Source of the DNA: Mobula hypostoma
Taxonomy: Eukaryota
NCBI RefSeq assembly: GCF_963921235.1
Contig: NC_086097.1
Coordinates: 94,676,001-94,740,000, forward strand
Length of the DNA: 64,000 nt
Direction of reading: 5' to 3'
The notes under the pieces: model-generated
The model's database searches: none
Told to the model about the DNA's origin: nothing
Seen by the model: the letters and a program-made list of their open reading frames with translations, nothing else
Program-made: the position numbers and the translations under genes
Shown: positions 11,843 to 24,630 of the stretch, in pieces
How positions within the stretch are numbered: the stretch's first letter is position 1
How the letters are laid out: each line of letters starts with the position of its first letter

Positions 11843-14092
11843 CAGTGATTCCCAGCAGGGCAGTTACGTGTCCTAAGGGGATGTTAGAAGAGATAGAAAT
11901 CATCAGGGGCTGTTCAAGGTTCTTGAGATGGGGGGGGCAGTAAGTGGCACCCTAACTTGAGGCACAAGACCTGACTGACCGTGTCAACTCAGTGCCATCA
12001 TCAACATCCAGTAGGCATTTCCAGATTGTGTTCATTTTTCCTTTTTATTTCACCTCGTTACTGATGGATAAATACATAAATACAGAAACAGAAACCACAG
12101 AAAGCGTGTCAATACAATGTACCTGGATTATGGCTTTATTCTGCTCCCATCAGATCAGCAACACCCCATGTGTCTTATTTGTAATACTGTAACATCTAAT
12201 GAAGCCATGTAACCACTAGATTGCAGGAACATTTCAGGTAAAAGACACCCTGAAAAGGCTACTAATGATATTACTCAGTTCCAGGAGATGAAAGAAGCAT
12301 TTCAAAAGCATTGCACACTCATCATTTGCCGAGAAAGCTAAAAATGACTGTGAGGGTGGTCTCATTGCTTCTTATGACATTTCCAAAATGATAGCAAGCT
12401 GTGGAAAACCTCACACAATTGCTGAAAGGTTAATAATGCCTGCTGTATCACAAGTGCTCACCACTGTTCTCAAAATGGATACCAGTATTTTAAAATCAAT
12501 TCCTCTGAGTAATAACGCTGTAGCTCATCGTATTGATGAAATGACTGAAGGCACTGAGTATCAACAATGCACGGAGCTACAAAACACAAAATCTGGAATG
12601 CAACTGGTTCAGTCAACTGTGTGAAATAACAAGGCATTGCTATTGGCATATACACAGCTTAACAAAAATGGAGAAGTGTATGAAGAGATTCTTTTTTGTA
12701 AAAAGTTAAAAACAAATATCAACAGAGAATCAATCCATGACAAGCTCAAAATGTATATTGAAGATACAAGTGTTCTGAATAGGAACAAGATTTCTTGTGC
12801 AACCGATGGAGCACCTTATATGACAGCTCGCCATGCTGGTTTAGCGGCATTTATGAAATAAGAAATTCAAGTCTGTTTGCAATCCATTGTGTAATTCATC
12901 ATCAACATCTCGTAACCATAAACCTCAGACAGCAACTTTTCACAACCATGACTCTTGCAATATCTGCTATCAACAAAATTAAAGCTCATGCATTAAATAG
13001 CAGATTATTTCACCAGTTATGCCAAGATAATGATGAAGAGTTTGAACGCTTGCATCTTCACACTGAAGTGCATTGGTGGTCAAAAGGCTTCTGCTTGAAA
13101 AGTTTCTTTGATCTTTTTGACACTGGTTGAATTTTTGCTCAAAGTTGACAAGAGCTTGGGAAACAAGACTGAACTTCTACGTGGAGATGTGGCATACCTA
13201 GCCGATCTGTATGAAAAAATGAACATTCTAAATGTGAAACTGCAGGGTGAGAATTTTATTTTAATCCAGGTAAAAAATACAGTGTCCACTTTTAGTAGAA
13301 AATTGGAAATACATAAACAAAGCATTGGGAGAAGAATGTTCTCCAAGATTCCCTGCATAGAAGAAATGGCATTCTCTTTCATGGATGATGATTTGCAAGA
13401 GTATTGCTTATACCTGCAGTCACTGAAGAAGGATTTTCAGAATTAGTTCAAGGATTTGAACAATCTGGAATTTTGGGTCTGGGTAAATAACTCCTTTCCT
13501 TGCAAGGTGGAAGAACAGGAACAGAGTTTGCAAGAAGAAATTACTGAAATTTAGAATGATGAAGAAACAAAAATGCTTTTCAAAAATGTCGGCTTTTGTG
13601 ATATGTGGCTGCATTGACATACAAAGTTTCCTGGTCTTTGGAGAAGAGCCAAACTGCTATTCATTGCATTTCCATCCTCCAGCCTTGTTGAAAGAGGCTT
13701 CAGTGCAGTGAACCACAGACACACAGAAAACAGAAACCGCTTGGATGTTGTTCCATGTGGGGATTTAAGGCTTTGGCTGTCACAACTTAACCAAATATTT
13801 CAATTCTTGCTAAAAACCATCAAGCTCAAGGATCACATTGATACTGAAGCTGCTGTACATCACGCAGGTACTGCGTAGGCTAGGTTTAAGTACAAATAAA
13901 AATTTAAAACGGAATAATTTTTCTCACGTTTTATTTTAATAGTTAAAATAATTTAACAATAATTTTTCGCATATGGTAGACATTTTTTTTACACTAAGGG
14001 GCTGCCGGAAAGTATATTGTGCCTAAGAGGGGTATTGGCAAATATGATGGTGCTTTAGGGGCTGCTGGGCTAAGAAAGGTTGAGAAACATTG
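11843..14092 (+). mobile_element. hAT DNA transposon (Charlie/Buster, ZBED5/SCAND3-like transposase), end-to-end relic with disrupted ORF
   Basis: Fragments KPHTIAERLI, PLSNNAVAHRIDEM, ATDGAPYM, IHCVIHH, LHTEVHWWSKG. Imperfect TIRs cagtgattcccagc / gttgagaaacattg. 8-bp TSD ttctaatg (11835-11842) / ctctaatg (14093-14100). Confidence 0.9.
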
Positions 14093-14261
14093 CTCTAATG
14101 TATCAGAATCAGATTGAATATCATTGGCAGATGTCATGAAATTTATTGTTATGTGGCAGCAGTACATTGCAATACATAAAAATCTATAAATGACAATAAT
14201 AAATAAATATATATTCTTATGACAGCCACCTCTGATGGTACATCCTGTGCAATGGCTTGTC

Positions 14262-14510
14262 CTGTCAATGGCTGGAAATGGCAGGGCTGAGGGACGGCAC
14301 AGAGGGCACTGCTCTTGACTGCACAAGGACAGGCGCTGAGCACAAGAGCAATAGGAGCGGGGGTCTGGCACAACTGACAAGACCCAAGATGCCGACAGTG
14401 CAAGGAATCCATCGAAACCATCCAGCACATAATAGCAGGGTGCAAAATGCAGGCAGGGATAGCATACACTGAACGGCACAACTGAGTTGCAGGAATTGTG
14501 TACAGGAACA
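14262..14510 (+). mobile_element. R4/Dong(Rex6)-like RLE-type non-LTR retrotransposon fragment (CCHC zinc-knuckle region)
   Basis: Reads QWLEMAGLRDGTE / ALSTRAIGAGVWHN*QDPRCRQCKESIETIQHIIAGCKMQAGIAYTERHN*VAGIVYRN with one frameshift and two stops. Confidence 0.75.
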
Positions 14511-15531
14511 AGGTGAAGTTACTGGAGTTAGAGCCAGAGGACTGGATCACTGAGCTATGAAGAGAAGCGCCCTCACAGTAGATGGGGGACATAATTCACC
14601 CTACTACACAACACGTGCATGAACTAGCATCAGGAATAGACTAGACAGTTCCCCTAACCTGCTCCACCTTTCTACAATATCATGATTGTTGTACTTGTAA
14701 CTTCAACTTTTCATTCCCACCTACCCCCAATGATCATTCAGCCCCTTGCCTCTTTGTCTAACTCTGCCTTAAAAGTATTCAAAGACTCTGTTTCCACCGT
14801 CCTTGAGGATGAGAGTTTCCACAGAGTGAGAGTCATGACCTGGGGAGGGAAAATGTTTGCCTCCTCCATGTTATCATTGGATCCCTTTTCATTTTTAAAC
14901 AGTGACCCCCCCCCCCATTCTTGATTCTCCCACCAGAGGAATCATCCTCCCCCACACTCACCCTGTTAAGATCTCTTAGGATCTGATTTGTGGAAATTTG
15001 AGTTTCTCTCACTCCGTAGAAGCTGCTACTGGCAAACGTTACTAAGCTCCCACGTTGTTGTACAAGGCCATCCAGTGGAAGGAACCTGCCCACTCCACCG
15101 CCTTCATTCCAGCCCCACCGATACAGTTCACTTCTTCTTTGGATCAGGGTCAGCCATTGACCACCCACCAGGTTCAAGAACAGCTACTTTCTGACAACCA
15201 TCAAGGTCTCATTCTATCTAACCTGTCCCTGCCTCAGCACAGACTAACTCTTGCACTCTTTTGCCAGTTGTGGGAGGGAGCAAGGAGTTGTCAACATATT
15301 CTCTTCAGCACTCACTCTTCCTGCTTGAATAGCCCCATTGTCTCTGTCCCATTCACTCTCTCTCTCTCTATCTCCTTCCTTTCTTTTATTCATTTTTGAA
15401 TGGTTTCTCGACTGTGTACCTGATTCATGAACAGGGTTAGTTATTAATCTGTTCCCAAGTGTACATCCATGAGGACAATCCGCTCCGCCATCTGTGGACT
15501 GGGTGATTACATGTGTCTCTTTTACTTAGAC

Positions 15532-16333
15532 CAGGAGTCCCCAGCCTGTTTTGCACCGCGGACCGGTTTAATATTGACAATATTCTTGCGGACCGGCCGA
15601 CCGGGGGGGGGGGGGGGTGTTCAAGTAGGGTTAAACTCACCTCAACATGTCTTTTACAGTTAGGGTTGCCAACTTTCTCACTACCAAATAAGGGACAAAA
15701 GTAGCAGTCAAATCCCAGGACACTTTACCCCAGGAAAGACTACCATGACCATGAAGCCTTGCGCAGGCACCTGTGTGTGCATATGTGATGTGCGCATAGT
15801 CATACTTTATTCATCCCGGGGGAAATTGGTTTGCGATATGATGTGTGCATGTGTGTACGTGCCGATTTTTTTCTTTCACAAATCGGTTCTGCCTTCATCT
15901 TCCCGACTATACTGTGCATATATTATTTCTACTTTACGTAGGCTGTGTATTTATCATAGCATTCCTCCTTTTACTATAGGTTAGTGTTATTTATTTTTGG
16001 TTTTATGTGTTAGTTGGTATGATTTGGTAGGTTATTTTTTGGGTCTGGGAACACTCAAAACTTTTCCCATATAAATTAATGGTAATTGCTTCTTCGCTTC
16101 ATGCCATTTCAGCACGAAAGGTTTCATAGGAACGCTCAACCTTAGCGGGGGAAATATGGGACAAACCAATTTAGCCCAATATATGGGATGTCCAGGCAAA
16201 TACGGGACTGTTGGCAACCCTGTGTTCAAGTTCAACAGTGCGTGACAGGGAATGAGGAAAGGTGCAGCTGACTCATATCGTCTCCTCACGGCCCGGTAGC
16301 ATAGGCTTGCAGCCCGGTGGTTGGGGACCACTG
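15532..16333. mobile_element. hAT-type MITE (outer element of a nested pair)
   Basis: TIRs caggagtccccagcc / ggttggggaccactg; 8-bp TSD acttagac (15524-15531) / acctagac (16334-16341). Confidence 0.85.
15626..16222. mobile_element. Second hAT-type MITE nested in the above (tagggttgcca-type TIR)
   Basis: TIR tagggttgccaac (15661) / gttggcaaccctg; perfect 8-bp TSD tgttcaag at 15618-15625 and 16223-16230. Confidence 0.85.
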
Positions 16334-16419
16334 ACCTAGACAATAGTTGATGCTTGAACAAAATTTCTGACTCAGGTTTTGCATGTCAACATTGAGACTG
16401 AACCAGTTCAGAAGAGTTC

Positions 16420-16756
16420 ACAGAGTCACAGAGCATGGAAACAAGGCCTTTGGCCCAACTCATCCATGACGATAGTGTGGCCTAGTGAGACAGGCCCATT
16501 TGACCCATAGCCCTCCAAGCCTCTCTTATCCATGTATTTACCTAGTTGGCTTTTAAATGTTGCAATTGTGCCCTCCTCAATAACCATTTCTGGTTGCTCA
16601 TTCTAAATAATCAGTGCCCTTTTGTGTGAAGAAGCTGCTCCTGAGGTCCCTTTTAAACTTCTCTCCTCTGATCTTACACTCATCTCATCTCCTTTTTAGC
16701 TTCCCCTCCCTGGAAAAATGATCGTGACCTTTCACCTGTCTGTGCCTCTCATGATC
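16420..16756 (-). mobile_element. CR1 3' end
   Basis: Reverse CR1 tail (cagagcatggaaacaaggcctttggccc...) and C-terminal coding remnant. Confidence 0.75.
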
Positions 16757-17895
16757 TTACACACCTCTATCTGACTTGATACATTCTTGGACCTTGTGGG
16801 AGACTAGAGACGAAATTGCAGAACTAATTGCTTCATCATTAGCCACTGGTGAAATTCCTGAAGACTGGAAAGTGACTACTGTTGATCCGTTGTTTAAGAA
16901 GGGTAGCAAGAACAAGCCAGGGAGCTGGAGGCCAGTCAGCCTGACATCAGTACTACTACTACTACGTTGACTCAGGCTTAGGGGTCCAGCGTTGGGCACG
17001 ATGACGGACTCTCCACTTCTCCCTCTCCCTCATCAGTGTGTTCAGTTCATCTACATTAGCCGCACCGCTGTCTTCTAGGAGCGTGTTGACCATAGTCTTG
17101 GGAGGGCGCCCAGGGTTCATCCTCCCATGCTTGGGCTCCCGTATGATGACTAGGCTGGCAGGTAGCTCGGGGTGGCGTAGACAGTGCCCCGCTAGTTGCA
17201 GTCTTCTCACCTCGATTTTAGTGGTGAGCATTGGTAGGTTGTTATAGAGCTCAATGTCCGTCATGTGCTGTGTCAACTCACATCAAGATCATCAGTGGTG
17301 GTGGAGATACCGGATGGAATTCTGATCAACAGAATCCACCTGATTAGGAGGGATCAGCGTGACTTTGAGTCGTGTTTGAGAAACCTTTTGGAGTTCTTCG
17401 AAGAGGTAACCATAAGGGTCGATAAGGGTAGGGTAGTGGGTATTATCTATTGAACTTTAGCAAGGTCTTCCTGCACTGTAGGCTGGAATTGAAGTTTAGG
17501 TCCCATGGGATCCAGGGAGAGCTAGTAAGGTGGATTTAAAATCAGCACAGAGGTAAGAAGCAGAGGTTGGTAGCTGAAGTTTGTTTCTTGGAGTGGAGAC
17601 CAATAACTAGTGGTAGACTGCGGGAGTCATTTTGGGACCCTTGTTATAAGTGACCTGGATGTGACTGCACAAGGCTCGATCATTACATTTGTGGATGGCA
17701 CGAACTTAGGTGTTGTTAATAGTGAGGAAGGATATAGTGGATTAAGGACTGACAAATAGATTTCAATGCGGATGTGTGAGACGATGCAATCTGGGATGTC
17801 AAACCGGAGTTAGACTGACAGTATACTCTGAATGGTAGGCATCAAGGAATGTAATAGAACAGACGGGCCAAGGAGCAAAAGTGCATAATTTGTTG
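16757..17895 (+). mobile_element. CR1 ORF2 RT fragment, degenerate, split by an RTE insertion
   Basis: SLATGEIPEDWKVTTVDPLFKKGSKNKPGSWRPVSLTS before the insertion; SCLRNLLEFFEEVT after it. Confidence 0.85.
16952..17289 (-). mobile_element. RTE-clade LINE 3' fragment with (TAG)n tail
   Basis: ELYNNLPMLTTKIEVRRLQLAGHCLRHPE...GRPPKT...MREREKWR; stop runs into tagtagtagtag; catcagt duplicated at both sides. Confidence 0.85.
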
Positions 17896-17899
17896 AAAT

Positions 17900-20800
17900 T
17901 TGAAAGTTGAAAGTAAATTTTATTATTAAAGTACCTTACGATAACCTTGAGATTCATTTTCTTGTGGGCATACTCAACAGATTCGAAGGATAATAACCAT
18001 AATAGAATCAGTGAAAGACTGTCCAACGGGGGCATTCAACCAAAGTGCAGAAGACAATAAACTGTGCAAATACAAAAAGAAGAAACAAGAATAATAGACG
18101 GACGGACGTGAGGACATCCAGGATCCAATTACACAAGGAGGTTCTGAGGCTCAGGTCTTGAAGCTTATTGATTAGTTTTGAGGGGATGATGGTATTGAAT
18201 GCAGAGGTGTAGTCGATAAAGAGCATCCTGATGTATGCACCTTTGCCGTCCAGATGTTCTAGAGCTGAGTGAGGAGCCAATGACATGGCATCCGCTGTGG
18301 ATCTGTTGCTCTACAGCTAGGCAAATTGGAGCGGATTCAAGTCACTTCTCAGGCAGGAGTTGATAAGTTTCATCACCAACCTCCCAAAGCACTTCATCAA
18401 TGTGAATGTAAATGCTACTGGGTGATAGTCATTGAGGGAGGTCGCCACACCATAACTGAAGCCTACATGAAGTAGGTGTGTACCACAGACTGCTGAAGCA
18501 AGAGGTTAAAGATCTCAGTGAATACACTACCCAGTTGATCAGCACAGGTATTTTAGTACATGGCTAGGTATCCCGTCCGGGCTGGGCTCTTTCCACGGGG
18601 TTCACCCTCCTGGAGGCTGCTCGCACATCGGCCTCAGAGACTGAAATCACAGGATCATCAGGGGCTGTGGGAGTTTGTGATGGCCCCTCCACATTTTGTT
18701 GGTCAAAGCCAGCATAGAAGGATTTGAGCTTAGCTGGAAGCGAAGCCCTGCTGTCTCCAATGTCACTTGATATAATTTTAGAAGAGGTAATCACATTCAA
18801 GCCCTGTCACAACTGTCGAGCATCCTTCGTTGATTCAAGTTTGGACCAGAATTACCACTCAGCTTGTGAGATTGCTTTCTAGAGATCACACCTGGGCCTC
18901 TTGTAACTTCCTTGGCCACTGGACTTGAATGTCTCTGATATGATCCTCAACCGATCTCAGATGTCATGGTTCATCCAGGGCTTCTGTTTTGGTGGAGACA
19001 ACCTTGTCTACAGCTGTTTTAATAAAGTCCATTTCAACCATGGTGTATTCATTCAGATCCACAGGTGAGTCCTTGAGCACGGCCCAGTCCTCTGACTTGA
19101 AGAATCCCGGAGCCACTCCCCTGTCTCTTTGTTTTCCTAACCTCTGGAGCTTCGTTCTTTAGCTTCTGTTGTATGCAGGTAGCAGAAGGACAGCCAAGTG
19201 ATCCGATTTACCGAAATGTAGTTTGGCATTCTTTGCCTTAGTATAACAGTGGTCTAGTATGTTGGGACCTCTAGAGCTACAGATTATAGACTACCTATAA
19301 AAAGTATTCACCCTCCTTGAAAGTTTCTTGTTTTATTCTTTTACAGCACTGAATCACAGTGGATTTAATTTGGCTTTTTTTGACACTGATCAACAGATAA
19401 AAACTCTTTCATATCAAAGTGAAAACAGATACCTATAAAGTGATCTAAATTAATTACAAATATAAAACACAAAATAATTGATTGCATAAATATTCACCCC
19501 TTCAAGTCAATATTCAGTAGATGCACCTCTGGCAGAAATTACAGCCTTGAGTCTCTGTGGATAGGTCTCTATTAGCTTTGCACATCTGGACAGTGCAATT
19601 TTTCCCCATGTACAAAACTGCTCAAGCTTTGTCAGATTGCATGGGGATTTTGAGTGAACAGCCCTTTTCAAGTCCAGCCACAAATTCTCAATTGGTTTGC
19701 AGTCTGGACTCTGACTTGGCCACTCCAGGACATTAACTTTGTTATTTTTAAGCCATTCCTGTGTGGCTTTGGCTTGCTTTACACTTGGGGTCATTGTCTT
19801 GCCGGTAAACAAATCTCCCAAGCCACAGTTCTCTTGCAGGCTGCATCAGGTTTTCCTCCAGGATTTCCCTGAATTTTGCTACATCATTTTACAGTCTACC
19901 TTCACAAGCCTTCCAGGACCAGCTGCAGTGAAGCATCCCCACAGCACGATGCAGCCACCACCAATCTCCAAGGTAGGGATGGTGCGTTCTTTCTGCAGAT
20001 TTCCTCATGTGTGTGTTTTTGTTAATGTGTGGTGTTCGGCTACAATCAATTGAAACTCCTTGACGGCACACAGTGATCTCCATTTAACTAATTATATGAC
20101 TTCTAAAACTAATTGACTGCATCAGTAATGGTTTGGTGTGTCATATTAAAGGGTGGTGAATACTTATGCAATCAATTACTTTGTGTTTTATATTTGTAAT
20201 TAATTTAGATTACTTTGTAGAGATCTGTGATCAGAGTCAAAAAGCCAAATTAAATCCACTGTGATTCAATTTTATAAAACAATAAAACATGAAGGCTTCC
20301 AAGAGGGGGGAATACTTTTTATAGGCACTGTATACTGATGGTAATTGGGCAGGGTTTCTTCAAATAAGCTTAGTTGAAATGTCCAACTATAATTTGAAAT
20401 GCGTCGGAATGGACTGTTTCTTGTTTGGAGACAGCATCGTGCAGTATTGCAAGTGCTTGATTATAGTCCGCCATTGGTGGTATGTAAATTACGGTCAGGA
20501 TTACGGTTGACAACTCCTTAAGTAAATGGAACGGAGGCATTTGACTGTTGGGTGTTCCAAGTTGGGGGAACATGAGTTTGACAAAACTGCCACATCATAG
20601 CCCCACTGAGAGTTTATCACGAAACACACACCTTCTCCTTCTACCTTTTCCAAATCAGCGTTTTTGATCCATTCTCTAAATCGAAAGCCACGTCTCAGAC
20701 ATAGAATACAACAGTCTCTCATTTCCCTCTGATACAGCAATCTTGCCCTCAGGCCCTCAGTTTTGTTCTCCAGAGACTGTACATTTGCCAAAAAGATGCT

Positions 20801-21112
20801 GGGTAGAAGAGGCTTCATCCTTCTCCATTTCAGCCTGGCATGGAGATCCTCTCACTCCTGCCTCAGTTCCGGCCTCGGTGATGACCCTTCATCTGCTTAA
20901 AGGTGCCGTACCTGCTTGGTCTGCCAAGTCCTTCAGACGATCGTGAGATCTGTAGATCATTAAGTTGATTTAAATGTACTTTGCTTAGAAGGAAGTTACA
21001 TGCTATAGGTTGCAGTGAGAGTAATTTGCAAGAGATATATTTAAAAGAATATTTGGAATATTGTCTGCGGCCCACAGAACATCACCGATGATCACTGGCG
21101 CCATCTTGTTAC
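17900..21112 (-). mobile_element. Rex1/Babar-like LINE with both ends, internally deleted, interrupted by a Tc1
   Basis: 5' end aagatggcgccag; APE start PLLPSIFLANVQSLENK; RT motif [28 protein letters not shown]; abrupt jump to the 3' tail near 18100. Confidence 0.85.
19289..20330 (-). mobile_element. Tc1-family transposon with long IR/DR-type TIRs, internally deleted
   Basis: TA flanks; ~200-bp TIRs (cctataaaaagtattcaccc ... gaatactttttataggcactg) with inner direct repeat; transposase C-terminus VLEWPSQSPDCKPIENLW...YPQRLKAVISARGASTEY. Confidence 0.93.
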
Positions 21113-21117
21113 TTACT

Positions 21118-21900
21118 GAAGTGGCCTTACAGTTAGACAGGGTGGTGAAAGAGGCGTTTATCACACTGGCCTTCATGAGTCAGCACATTGAACATAGCAG
21201 TATGGACATTATGGTGCAGTTGTATAAGTCTGGTGAGGCCTCACTTGAAGTATAATGTTCAATTATGGTTGCCCTGTATGAGAAAGATGTGGTTAAACTG
21301 GAAAGCGGGTGGAGGAGATCTATGAGGATGTTGTCAGGAGCAGAGAACCTGAGTATAGGGAGGGGTTGAGCAGGTTGGGTCTTTACTCCTTGGAACCTAG
21401 GAGGGTGAGAGGCGATTTTATAGAAGTGTTCAAAATTTTGAAAGACATAGATAAGGTGCGTAGCACTAGTCCCTCTAAGCTGCACAGGAAGTGCTCCTGT
21501 GCATCTGGAATCTTCTTTATGTAACGTTAATATAAAGTGCCACGCAGTTTACAGGCCGTGTAAAAATTTCCTGCTCAGAGCAATGGTCGGTCTGCGCAGT
21601 TGTGAAAAAGTATGTTAGAGGGAACGTTTGTGGATAGCAGCAGTCTTTTCCCCAGGACCAGGGAGTCCAAAACTAGGGGGAATAGATTCCACGCGAGAAG
21701 GAAAAGATTTAAAAGGGACCTGAGGGGCAACACCTTCACACAGATAAGTAAAGGAAATGAGCTGCCAAAGGAGGTGGTTGATGCAGGTAAAATAATTTAA
21801 TTTAAGAAGTACCTGAACAGGTACATCGGGGTTTATGAGCCAAATGCAGGAAATTGGGTCTAGCTTGATGGAAAATGTGGTCACTATGGACTATATCCAT
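21118..21900 (+). mobile_element. CR1 3' fragment, degenerate
   Basis: VALQLDRVVKEAF; EYREGLSRLGLYSLEPRRVRGDFIEVFKILKDIDKV; SLFPRTRESKTRG. Confidence 0.85.
21464..21630. mobile_element. Small hAT-like MITE inside the CR1
   Basis: Inverted ends tccctctaa / ttagagggaa; flanks gtgcgtag / gtggatag resemble an 8-bp TSD; the CR1 reads through when it is removed. Confidence 0.65.
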
Positions 21901-22760
21901 GCTGAATGACCATCGCTCTATGACTTCATAGAATCTTTGACATTCTAGGGTACAGTGTCCCAGTCTATGCAACCTCTTCTTGCTACTCTGTGTTCAGGCA
22001 ACATCCTGGTGAATCTTTTCTGCACCCTTTCTAGTTTAATAACATCTTTCCTGTAGTAGGATACTTCAACCGTACACAATACTTACCGACATCTTACATA
22101 ACTGTAGCATAACATCCTTACTCCTGCTCTCAGCACACTGAATACTGAAGGGCAGCATGCCAAAAGCCTCCTTCAGCACGCTGTACACCTGCAAGGTGTT
22201 AGCTCATAGAAAAAACAAGGTATCCAATAATGTAAGAAGGTCTGGCACCATTTCATGATTGCTGAAAGGTGTTGGCATTTATTGTTTTAAGTGTCTGTCC
22301 CCCTAGAAACTACATGGCTAGCACTGTGTGTGTGCATAGAAATTGCAATTTACTCTTTTGTGATGAGGAAAATAGTGTATTGTTACCACACAGATCTGGT
22401 CACCCATAAAGGACCAGGAAATTGGAGGAAGTCCCGGTTAAACGATCAAATAGGTGATTATATTCCAACATTCAAATTAGTAGCCATTCAGTCCCTTAAA
22501 TCTTTTCTAGCATTTAATAACATCACAAAAGAATTCAGTATAACCTTTCACCCCATTGTTTATCAAGTTTCTTGAAAATACTCACAGGCTCTGCTTCCGT
22601 TTGAGGGTGGGAGTTCCAAATTCTCACGAGCATCCAAAAAATTTCACCTCAACTCTGCCTTTAACGGGAGACCCTTTTTAGATTGTCCCACCAGAGATCA
22701 ATACTCACCACACACATGAAAAAGCCCCTCTAAGCCTCACACCATCCTGACATGGAAATA

Positions 22761-23324
22761 CACTCAATGGCCATTTTTATTAGGTACACCTGTACACCTG
22801 CTCGTTAATACAAATAACTAATCAGCCAATCACGTGGCAGCAACTCAATGCACAAACGCATGCAGACATGGTCAAGAGGTTCAATTGTTGTTCAGATCAA
22901 ACATCAGAATGGGGAAGAAATGTGATCTAAGTGACTTTGACCGTGGAATGATTGTTGGTGCCAGATGGGATGGTTTGAGTATCTCAGGAGCTGTTGATCT
23001 CCTGGGATATTCATGCACAACGGTCTCTAGAGTTTACAGGGAATAGTGTGAAAAACAAAAAAACATCCAGTGAGCAGCAGGTCTGCGGGTGAAAGCACTT
23101 TGTTAATGCGAGAGGTCAGAGGAGAATGGCCAGACTAATTCAAGCTAACAGAAAGGCAGCAGTAACTCAAATGACCACTCGTTACAAGTGCTGTGCAGAA
23201 CCATCTATGAATGCATGACACATCGAATTGAAGCTGATGAGCCACAGCAGCAGAAGACCACAAGCATACACCAATGGCCACTTTATTAGGTACAGGCAGT
23301 GCCCAGTAAAGTTACCACTGAGTG
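22761..23324 (+). mobile_element. Tc1-derived non-autonomous element retaining the N-terminal HTH
   Basis: TA then TIR cactcaatggccatttttattaggtacac; MGKKCDLSDFDRGMIVGARWDGLSISGAVDLLGYSCTTVSRVYRE; right TIR ...taaagttaccactgagtg. Confidence 0.85.
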
Positions 23325-23529
23325 GACATCACCGGTCCTTCATTGTTCTGCTCCAAATCCCGGAAATTCCTCCCCCCCCCCCCCCCGCCACCCGGCAGCA
23401 CAGTGGGAGCACGTTCTCCAGAAGGACTGCAATAGTTCAAGAATACATTTCACCACTGCCTTCTCAGGGGTCAATGGGGACAGGCAATTAATTGTGCTTC
23501 TTTCAGTGATGCCAAAATAACGAGTTTAT

Positions 23530-24630
23530 GACGTGCTGCAGTTTTTTTATGATCCTGTGCAGCAGCCCCTCCGTACCAGACAGTTAGAGTGCTCTCCACA
23601 AAGTGGAGAGACATTTGCTGATTTCTTTGGTGACAAGCCAAATCTCCTCAAACTCCTAATGAAATATAGCCACTGGTGTGCCTTCTTTATTAATGCATCA
23701 ATATGTTGGAGTCAGAATAGATCTCCAGAGATGTTGATGCACAGGAACTTGGAACTGTTCAACCCTCTCCTCGATTTCCTCTTCTTAACAACCACTATCA
23801 ATTTCTTCATCTCACAAATGATGAGTGCAAAGGATATTGTTGCAACAGCACTCAGCCAACTGATCTTCCTCACTCCTGTACATGTCTGATCACCGTCTGA
23901 AATGCTGCCAACAACAGTTGTATCATTGGCAAACTTACAGATGGCATTTGAGCTGTGCCTAGCCACACAGTTGTGAGTGTGGAGAGAGTAGAGCAGTGGG
24001 CTAAGCACACCTCCCTGAGGTGCACCAGTGTTGACTGTTATTTCTGATCCACACTGACTGTGATCTCCTGACTAGGAAGTCAAGAATTCAGTTGCAGAGG
24101 GAGGTATAGAGGCCCAGGTTTTGAAGCTTATTGGTTAGTACTGAGGGGGTGATGGTGTTGAATGCTGAGTTGTAATCAATAAACACCAGTCTGATGTAGG
24201 TGTCCAAAGTTCAAAGTAAATTTATTATCAGAGTATACACATGGCACTACATACAGCCCTGAGCTATTGCTGTTATCCAGATGGTCCAAGACCGAATGTA
24301 AGATTGCATGCGGTAGGCAGATTGCTGAGGGACCAGGTCCTTGCCCAGGCAGAAGTTAATTCCGGCAACAACTGCTATGTTTTGTAGCTTCAAAACATTA
24401 AACCAATTTAAGGGAAGACACAGGAGTCCAAAATGTGAGTCTAACAACTTTAAGTGGGGTGCACGCGTATCACATGGTAATGTGATGTCATATGTAATTC
24501 ATTTATTTATACATATAACTTGTAATGCATTATTTAAATGAACAAGAATGCTTAATCAAACAATGTCTACACAAGATCACTCAAATATTAAACACACAAC
24601 TACCACCAAGCTCTCAAAGCACTTCATCAG
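23530..24630 (-). mobile_element. Rex1/Babar-like RT fragments
   Basis: LSPLLYSLHTHNCVARHSSNAICKFANDTTVVG; SSKFLCINISGDL. Confidence 0.8.

Noticed and set aside
12388..13446. Domesticated ZBED5/SCAND3-type host gene
   Set aside because: Multiple stops and frameshifts with TIRs and TSD retained; a decayed transposon rather than a domesticated gene.
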